Positions 57,697 through 64,000 of a stretch of DNA of 64,000 bases are shown in pieces (positions within the stretch are counted from its first letter, which is position 1; every line of letters starts with the position of its first letter). The stretch lies in contig JBILLK010000020.1 in NCBI GenBank assembly GCA_044376115.1, positions 96,001-160,000 of the forward strand. The letters run 5' to 3'. Origin of the DNA: Polyangiaceae bacterium. Its GTDB lineage: Bacteria; Myxococcota_A; Polyangia; Polyangiales; Polyangiaceae. Below the pieces are notes generated by a model, which saw only the letters and a program-made list of their open reading frames with translations, had not been told where the DNA came from and did not search any database. The translations under genes and the position numbers were made by a program.

Positions 57697-59942
57697 GCGC
57701 GGCTCTCGGTTGACTTCTCACCGACCGGCAGGAAGAAGCGCAGCGGCGAGCGAAAGAAGCCGTAAACCACGTGGAACAACAGCTTGAGCGCCTGCAAGAA
57801 AGAAACGTCTCGCGCTCGCATCGCCACACCCAGCGCCAACCCAAAACTGACGACGAGGTTGAGGCTCAGGATACCGAGGAGGCCGAGCAACGCCGAATGA
57901 AACTCTGACGTCGACAAGACCGATACGCCGAGGGCGCGCAACGCGAAGGTGAGCGAACTCGTGCTGATCGTGATGTGACGGATCTCGACGTTCAAGCCGA
58001 CGAACTCGCCCAAGATCGGTGTAAAGCCCAGCATCAAGCCGATCGCGAGGTTGCCGCCGATTCCCCCGATATTGCGTCCGACGAAGCGCCCCGCGCCCCG
58101 CATCAACCTGCGACCAAAAAGGCGTCGCCAACGATGTTCCTCGATTGCCTCGGGGAGTCGCCGATACACGGCCCAGTTCTCGACCCAGCCCGCGGCCAGG
58201 CTCGAAAGCCAGAGTATGACGGCGGTCACCACAGCGAACCCCAACGTCCCCGACTGGGTCGGATGCAGCGACGCGATGGTCTTGTGCGCGTAGTCCGCCG
58301 TGAGGACGTGCTCGCCCCCGGCTGACTGCTCCGTCCACAGCCAATCGAGCGCGAGGCTCGCCGGAATGACGAGGAGAATGTTGCCGGCCGCCGCCGCGAT
58401 TTGGGAGCGAACGAGGCGAGCAACGGTGGTCACCAGCTCGCTGGAGTCGGCGGTCTTGTCGCTCAGTGCAAAAGCCAATGCAGCCGCGGTCATGCTTGGC
58501 TGCTTGGTCGCGAGGGTGAACCCAGCCAGTTGCATGAGGATGAAGCTGCCGGCGTAGTTGGCCGAAATCAGGAGGCCCTCCTGCAACAGTGGCCGATGCA
58601 GGTGACCGACGGCGAGCTTCACGACGTTGGTTCCGGCAGCGAGCAATCCGCCTCCGCTCGCGGCGAGGAACATCTTGGCGAATTCGCCCTTCGAGATGGT
58701 GATGTAGTGCTCGCCGGTTTGACCCGCACGCTCGATGATCTTGCGCGCCAGCATGTGGGTGTTGGTCCGGACGATATCCAGCAGGCTCAGATCGCGACGG
58801 CGGTCATCGAGCAAACGCATCAGCGTGCCCACGCTCCGAGCCGCAAGCTCCTCGCTCGCCTGCGGGACGAGCACGCTCAGCAACAGCTCCAATCGATTGA
58901 GGCTGCGCTCGATCAACTCGAGCCGGTAAACAACGTCGACGCTGACCCCAGCTGCCTCGAGTCGCGATTGCACCTCTTGCTGCGTCAGCCGACAGCTCGT
59001 CACCAGCTCGCGAACGTGTTCGACCCACGAGGCGATCTCCTCGGCCTCGCGCCGTGGTGTCGCTAGCAACGCGTCGATCACCCGCGGCAGCCGAAAGAAC
59101 GGCGATTCTTGCAGCGTCTTGAGATCGGTCCGCGAGCGAATCACATCCGAGAGCCCAGCCGCAGAAACCCGTGACGCAAGCAGCAGCGTTGCCTCGAGTA
59201 CGGCGACGCGAAGGGGCAAATACGCGCTCGCCACCCGACTGCTCGAGGGCAGACTCGCGCGCGGGTCGGGAAGGGACGGCAGCTCACCGAGCGCCAGATC
59301 GGCAGCAGACAGCTGCCTGCTGCTGAGCGGAGTCGGTGCTGCAATGAACTCTGGCGTCCTCGTGAGTTCGATCAGATTCACCAGCAAAGACGGTGGAACC
59401 CGAGCGAGCCAGGCCCAGTCCGCGTGTTTTGGAAACAGCCGCTCCACAAGCTGGATCAGGTCCTGTTCGTCGATCGGTTGCGGCAGCAGCCGGCGGGACA
59501 AGCGATCGATCGTCTCCGAGAACAGCCCACTATCGCCGGGTATCCCAAGCCGTGCGAACAGCGCTTGACCCGTGAGCTCACCGAGTACCGCGCGCAGCAG
59601 TTTGGAGAGCCGTGCGCGGAAGGACCCGAACAACCAGAGCGAGTGACAGAGGAAGCGCAGGCGTCGCAGCGCCGGGGGTTCACCCGAAGCCTCGGCCCAA
59701 AGTGCGGGCACCTCACCGCCACGACGCACCCAGTGACTGAGATCGACGAGGCGTGCCTCTCGTTCGAACAGCTCCGCCTTCGGGTCGATAGCGGCCAACA
59801 AGCCGTACAAGCGGCTCGCGCTGTGCGACGCCCCCCCGCTGGCAGCACCGTACGCAAAAACCCCCCAAGATCTGGGATCGCGTCGGTCGCCACTGGGCCT
59901 GAATCGGTGGCGAGGGACATTACGCTGGCAAGCTAACGGCAT
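57687..59942 (-). CDS. Gcr-like 'site-specific recombinase' family polytopic membrane protein
   Basis: GVSVDVVYRL, TGEHYIT, AS GGG, FTLATKQPSMTA, EIRHITIS, NLVVSFGLAL. Start uncertain. Confidence 0.75.
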   Translation of the reverse strand: MPLACQRNVPRHRFRPSGDRRDPRSWGVFAYGAASGGASHSASRLYGLLAAIDPKAELFEREARLVDLSHWVRRGGEVPALWAEASGEPPALRRLRFLCHSLWLFGSFRARLSKLLRAVLGELTGQALFARLGIPGDSGLFSETIDRLSRRLLPQPIDEQDLIQLVERLFPKHADWAWLARVPPSLLVNLIELTRTPEFIAAPTPLSSRQLSAADLALGELPSLPDPRASLPSSSRVASAYLPLRVAVLEATLLLASRVSAAGLSDVIRSRTDLKTLQESPFFRLPRVIDALLATPRREAEEIASWVEHVRELVTSCRLTQQEVQSRLEAAGVSVDVVYRLELIERSLNRLELLLSVLVPQASEELAARSVGTLMRLLDDRRRDLSLLDIVRTNTHMLARKIIERAGQTGEHYITISKGEFAKMFLAASGGGLLAAGTNVVKLAVGHLHRPLLQEGLLISANYAGSFILMQLAGFTLATKQPSMTAAALAFALSDKTADSSELVTTVARLVRSQIAAAAGNILLVIPASLALDWLWTEQSAGGEHVLTADYAHKTIASLHPTQSGTLGFAVVTAVILWLSSLAAGWVENWAVYRRLPEAIEEHRWRRLFGRRLMRGAGRFVGRNIGGIGGNLAIGLMLGFTPILGEFVGLNVEIRHITISTSSLTFALRALGVSVLSTSEFHSALLGLLGILSLNLVVSFGLALGVAMRARDVSFLQALKLLFHVVYGFFRSPLRFFLPVGEKSTESRAHS

Positions 59943-60031
59943 CCGCTCGGACGAGCTACGTGTGCTAAGACGCAGCGACGATGTCGAGAGAGGATCGCAA
60001 AGGGTTCGTCTCGGAGAGACCACTCTTGGGG

Positions 60032-61657
60032 ATGAGCGGATGGACCGCGTGTCTTGCGCTGAGCGTCGCACTAGGCGTGGCAGGCGCGTGCAGCACAGGC
60101 ACCACGTCGAGCGGTGCTCCGTCGAGCGCCACCCCCAAGGCCGCGGAGGCCAAGCCTTCGTTGCGCCTCTACCTACTCTCCAACGTCGCTGGGGCCTTGG
60201 AGCCATGCGGCTGCTCGAAAGATCAACTCGGTGGCGCGAGCCATTTTGCGAGCCTCTTCGAGTCTGAAAAAGGTGCCGCCCAGACCAGCCTCATCATCGG
60301 CGCAGGGCCGCTGTTTTTCCAAGACCCCAAGTCCTCGCCGAAGAAGGCCACCCAAGATCTTTGGAAGGCGGAGGCGCTAGCCAAAGGCGCTGCCAAGCTG
60401 GGCGTGCTCGCGTGGACCCCCGGCGCCAATGACTTTGGTGCTGGAGAGGCGGTGTTCAAGCAGCTCGCCGAGAGTTCGAAGGTGAGCTTCCTTGCAGCGA
60501 ACGGTCCTGGAACTGGGCCGTTACAAAAGAGCCGCTTGCTCGAGGTCGACGGCGTCAAAGTTGGTTTCACCGGGGTGTTGGATGCGAAGGTCGCAGCAAG
60601 CACCGGTGGCCCGCTTTCGGCTCCGGTCGAAGCGCTGCGCAACGAGGTTCAGGCGCTGCGCACGCAGGGGGCCCGGGTCGTGATTGTGATGGCCGTCATG
60701 CCGCGGGGGGAGGCCTTGAGGCTCACCGACGAGATCAAAGACATCGACGTCATGCTGCTCGGCAAGCCCTCTGAAAAGGGTGAGGCCAACGACGCACCGC
60801 GCGCCCCCGTGATCACCGGGTCGACCCTCGTGGTCGAACTTTCCAACCACTTGCAGACGACCGCCCGGCTCGATCTCCATTTCAAAGAGCAAGCGGACGG
60901 GAGCGGTCGCATCGTCCTCGCGGACGGTGGAGGCTTGGCGCGGGCCGAGCAATTGCTCGGTATCAACCAGCAGATCCGCGACCTGGAAGCCCGCATCAAC
61001 GGCTGGGAGAAGTCAAAAGGCGTGCGCGCCGACGACCTTTCGGCCCGCAAGAAAGATCTCGAGCGCTTGCGCACCGAGCGCGCGACCTTGGAAGGGCAGA
61101 CCCCAGAAGCCCCTGCTGGGAGCTTCTTCCAGTACAGCCTCGTGGAGGTTCGAGAGAAGCTGGGCAAGGAGCCTGGGCTCGAAGAAGTGGCGCTCGGTTA
61201 CTACAAACGCGTGAACGACCACAATCGCGAGGCGTTCAAGGGTGTAATGCCGCCCGAGGCCGGTGATGGTGCGGCGTACCTCGGCGTGGAGGCCTGCTCG
61301 AGTTGTCACGCGGAAGAGCGAGCCGTGTGGGATAAGACCAGCCACGCGAAGGCCTACGCCACGCTCGAGAAAAAGTTTGTGGAGTTCAATCTCGATTGTG
61401 TCGCCTGCCACGTCACCGGCTACGAAAAGCCGGGCGGAAGCACGGTAACGTTCGTCGACTCATTCAAGAACGTCCAGTGCGAGACCTGTCACGGGCCAGG
61501 GAGCCTCCACGCGAAGGAGCCCAAGAACAAGGCCCTCATTCAAACCAAACCGGATCCCAAGAGCTGCGTCTCTGAGTGCCACCATCCCCCCCATGTCGAA
61601 GCCTTCGACGCCACCGCGAAGATGACATCCATCCTCGGACCAGGACACGGACTCTGA
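60032..61657 (+). CDS. Lipoprotein: degenerate 5'-nucleotidase-like domain, coiled coil and c554-like multiheme domain
   Basis: Lipobox AGAC; GALEPCGC..QLGG; heme motifs CSSCH, CVACH, CETCH and CVSECH. Confidence 0.8.
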   Translation: MSGWTACLALSVALGVAGACSTGTTSSGAPSSATPKAAEAKPSLRLYLLSNVAGALEPCGCSKDQLGGASHFASLFESEKGAAQTSLIIGAGPLFFQDPKSSPKKATQDLWKAEALAKGAAKLGVLAWTPGANDFGAGEAVFKQLAESSKVSFLAANGPGTGPLQKSRLLEVDGVKVGFTGVLDAKVAASTGGPLSAPVEALRNEVQALRTQGARVVIVMAVMPRGEALRLTDEIKDIDVMLLGKPSEKGEANDAPRAPVITGSTLVVELSNHLQTTARLDLHFKEQADGSGRIVLADGGGLARAEQLLGINQQIRDLEARINGWEKSKGVRADDLSARKKDLERLRTERATLEGQTPEAPAGSFFQYSLVEVREKLGKEPGLEEVALGYYKRVNDHNREAFKGVMPPEAGDGAAYLGVEACSSCHAEERAVWDKTSHAKAYATLEKKFVEFNLDCVACHVTGYEKPGGSTVTFVDSFKNVQCETCHGPGSLHAKEPKNKALIQTKPDPKSCVSECHHPPHVEAFDATAKMTSILGPGHGL

Positions 61658-63636
61658 TGATTCAGCTCCCTCGCGACGATGAAAACATGCAGTCTCTGAT
61701 CGGGGCGACCGTGCCCTCAGAGATCGCCGCCGGCGTGGTGTACAAGCCCGAACTCACGCTCGGAAAGGGCGGCGGCGCCGTGGCTTTCCTCGCGCACCGC
61801 CTATCCCCGGAAGGCAAGGCCCCGGTCGTGATCAAGGTGTTGCGCCCTGCGTTCGTCCGCAAACTCGGGGCGACGGCTGGCCTGCTGATTCGCAAAGAGG
61901 CGGTGGCGCTGGGAAGGCTCAATGAGCGCACGCCGCCCACCCCGTTCGTGGTGCGGCTGATCGACACCGGCGTGCTCAAGGTGCTTCGCGCCGGCTCCGA
62001 GCTCGAGCTGCCGTGGGTTGCGATCGAGTACGTGCATGGCGGGTCGCTGGGAACGACGCTCGCTGAGCGCGTACGGAAGAACCTTCGCGACGTCGGCTTC
62101 GCGTTCGATCCGGGGCGCGCGTCGACGGCCATCGATTGCATCGGTCAAGGCTTGGCCGCGGTGCACGAGGTCGGCGTGATTCATCGCGATCTCACGCCCA
62201 ACAACATCTTGTGCACCGGCCGTGGAGCTGGCGAGATCTTCAAGATCGCAGACTTTGGCGTAGCCCGACCAACGGGTGTCGCAGGCACGCTCTCGGGCTC
62301 CCTGGTTGGAACACCGGGCTTTGCGGCGCCTGAGCTCACCACCGGAGATCCCATCGGGACCTTCACCGACGTATTCAGCCTCGCTTCGCTGATCTTCTTC
62401 ATCCTCACCGGTGAGCCCATCTTCAACTCGATGGCTGAGGTCATGCGCAGTCTGGAGACGGGTCGCAGACGCTCGCTTTTGGAGATGCCGGGCCTCCATC
62501 CCGAGCTCCGCAAGAACGAGAAAGCCTGCCGTTCAATCGATCTCGTGTTGGGCTGGGCGGCCGCGCCGCGAGCCGACGCGCGACTCGGCGAGGCGCTGGC
62601 CGTCAGCAGCATGATCCTTCCTCACCTCCAGGGTCAGAAAAAGCGCGAGCTCTCGTTCACGTCGATCAACCCCAAGCAGCAGGAGAACGCTCCCTCGCTT
62701 GAACCATCGGAGTGGCGTTGGTCCGTTCCGCATCGCACCGGCTCGGCGTTGATCGTGAGGAGCGTGGCATGGGATGGTCACGGCCGAGCGATCGCTGCGA
62801 CCAAGATCGGGCTCTCCTTCTGGAACGGCACCACTTGGAAGGTCGCCTCGACGGAAGGGCTCAAGCTCGCGGGCGGCGTACGCTTCGTTCAGCGCGTCGG
62901 CGCCGGCCGCTGGATTCTCGGCGGAGATGACGGCCAAATCGCGATCTACACCACGGGCGGCGAGGTGGAGATCATCGAGGGACCGCGCGACGCGCACAAG
63001 GTGGAGTGCTTCGGTGGTGACCTCGAAGACATCAGCGTGCTCGCCTGCAAGGGGCTCGATGGCGTGATCTCGCTCAATACCTACGCGACCAAACGCTGGC
63101 TGAAGCCCTTCCCCATTCCCGGCGTTTTTTCGCTGATGGCGATGACGCGCTTCGACGACGCGCGTTGGCTTGTCGTGGGGCGACGCATCGAGGGTGGAGC
63201 GTACGCGGCGCTCTACCACGCGCTGGATTGGGACCTGATGGAGATCCCGGTCGATTCGAAATGTGCGGCGCTGCTCGCGTGCGTTGGAAGGCCAAGGAAG
63301 TCGCTCGGCTATGCGGTTGGTTCGCACGGTACGCTGCTGACGCGAGACGCTGACGTGACCTCGCTCGAGCAAGTCCCCGGTGAGCCGGTCCTCAGCGCGA
63401 TCGCGCTCGATCCTTTTGGCCGACCTTGGGTGGCGACGGCGGGCGCGATCTACCTGCGAGATGACGCCAAAGGCTGGATGCCGGTGTGGAAGGACGAGAC
63501 CGTGGAGGTCCCGATCGTGTCGCTGTTCCTCGATACCGGACTCTGCATCGCGATGACGGTGGACGGCGGCATCATTGAAGGTCGGGCCGCATTGCGACAA
63601 ACGGATCTGCCACCGCCGCCGCCTCCCCCGGCCTGA
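61657..63636 (+). CDS. Ser/Thr protein kinase with a C-terminal beta-propeller-like domain
   Basis: LGKGGGAVAF, VIK, HRDLTPNN, DFGVA, GTPGFAAPE, DVFSL. ATG overlaps the upstream TGA. Confidence 0.88.
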   Translation: MIQLPRDDENMQSLIGATVPSEIAAGVVYKPELTLGKGGGAVAFLAHRLSPEGKAPVVIKVLRPAFVRKLGATAGLLIRKEAVALGRLNERTPPTPFVVRLIDTGVLKVLRAGSELELPWVAIEYVHGGSLGTTLAERVRKNLRDVGFAFDPGRASTAIDCIGQGLAAVHEVGVIHRDLTPNNILCTGRGAGEIFKIADFGVARPTGVAGTLSGSLVGTPGFAAPELTTGDPIGTFTDVFSLASLIFFILTGEPIFNSMAEVMRSLETGRRRSLLEMPGLHPELRKNEKACRSIDLVLGWAAAPRADARLGEALAVSSMILPHLQGQKKRELSFTSINPKQQENAPSLEPSEWRWSVPHRTGSALIVRSVAWDGHGRAIAATKIGLSFWNGTTWKVASTEGLKLAGGVRFVQRVGAGRWILGGDDGQIAIYTTGGEVEIIEGPRDAHKVECFGGDLEDISVLACKGLDGVISLNTYATKRWLKPFPIPGVFSLMAMTRFDDARWLVVGRRIEGGAYAALYHALDWDLMEIPVDSKCAALLACVGRPRKSLGYAVGSHGTLLTRDADVTSLEQVPGEPVLSAIALDPFGRPWVATAGAIYLRDDAKGWMPVWKDETVEVPIVSLFLDTGLCIAMTVDGGIIEGRAALRQTDLPPPPPPPA

Positions 63637-63764
63637 CTCAGGCGAAGGCGGCGCTCGTTCGCAACCTGGGCGACTGGAGCGCACGCGCACGCGCACGCTC
63701 ACCTACTCCTGCAAACGCCGCTTTTTCGGCGGCTCCCTCGCGGATGTGGTACGCGGCCGATGCA

Positions 63765-64000
63765 ATGGCCGATCTCCTAGTGCCTGTTGGGAAGAACGTG
63801 GTGACCCACGGCTCGCCGTATGCCGTGGTTATGCGCCTTGCGTGGCCAACCTTCTTCGCCATGCTGCTGCAGAGCGCGGTCAACGAGATCGACATCGTCT
63901 TCTTCGCCAAGCTACCGCCGACTGAAGCCTCCAACGCTCAAGCAGCGCTGCTGCCCTCGCTCATCATCCTGTGGCTGTTTGGTGGTTCGCTCTCGGGCAT
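63765..64000 (+). CDS. MATE family transporter (partial, runs off the right edge)
   Basis: Translated by hand: MADLLVPVGKNVVTHGSPYAVVMRLAWPTFFAMLLQSAVNEIDIVFFAKL, matching the MATE LAWP..LQ....D N-terminal pattern. Confidence 0.75.
   Translation, partial: MADLLVPVGKNVVTHGSPYAVVMRLAWPTFFAMLLQSAVNEIDIVFFAKLPPTEASNAQAALLPSLIILWLFGGSLSG

Noticed and set aside
57687..59942. Possible integrative element marked by a 'recombinase'
   Set aside because: The protein is a membrane protein without recombinase motifs; no att sites, tRNA target or visible compositional break.
60190..60220. Possible selenocysteine recoding at the CxC motif
   Set aside because: Both codons are TGC and there is no in-frame TGA.
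63679..63702. (GCACGC)x3 microsatellite upstream of the MATE gene
   Set aside because: Too short to distinguish from chance in GC-rich DNA.

Overview
High-GC, gene-dense chromosomal window with no rRNA, tRNA, CRISPR array or mobile element that I can support. The content points to a myxobacterium, probably Polyangiales-like; this is inferred from five Hanks-type Ser/Thr kinases, PEGA, RCC1, vWA and Cys-rich lipoproteins, and AgmX/PglI-type domains. Housekeeping genes include trmH, the mtnP-apt-mtnA salvage cluster, coaX, a family-5 UDG, a lytic transglycosylase, an L,D-transpeptidase, a fused FTCD, Hsp20, a DsbA-like protein and a partial MATE transporter. Four loci stand out. (1) A 989-aa lipoprotein made of 35 six-Cys repeats is translationally coupled (TGATG) to a stand-alone proteasome-beta/HslV-like Ntn hydrolase with Thr1/Asp17/Lys33 in register; a hybrid histidine kinase follows 1 nt later. 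(2) A HEAT-repeat::PilT fusion, a second PilT and a TPR-like Ser/Thr kinase form an operon with no pilus genes nearby. (3) Two tandem paralogous beta-propeller + diheme peroxidase-type lipoproteins. (4) A degenerate metallophosphoesterase::multiheme cytochrome lipoprotein coupled to a kinase. Products are assigned by motif recognition only, without database searches, and several start codons are my best estimates.
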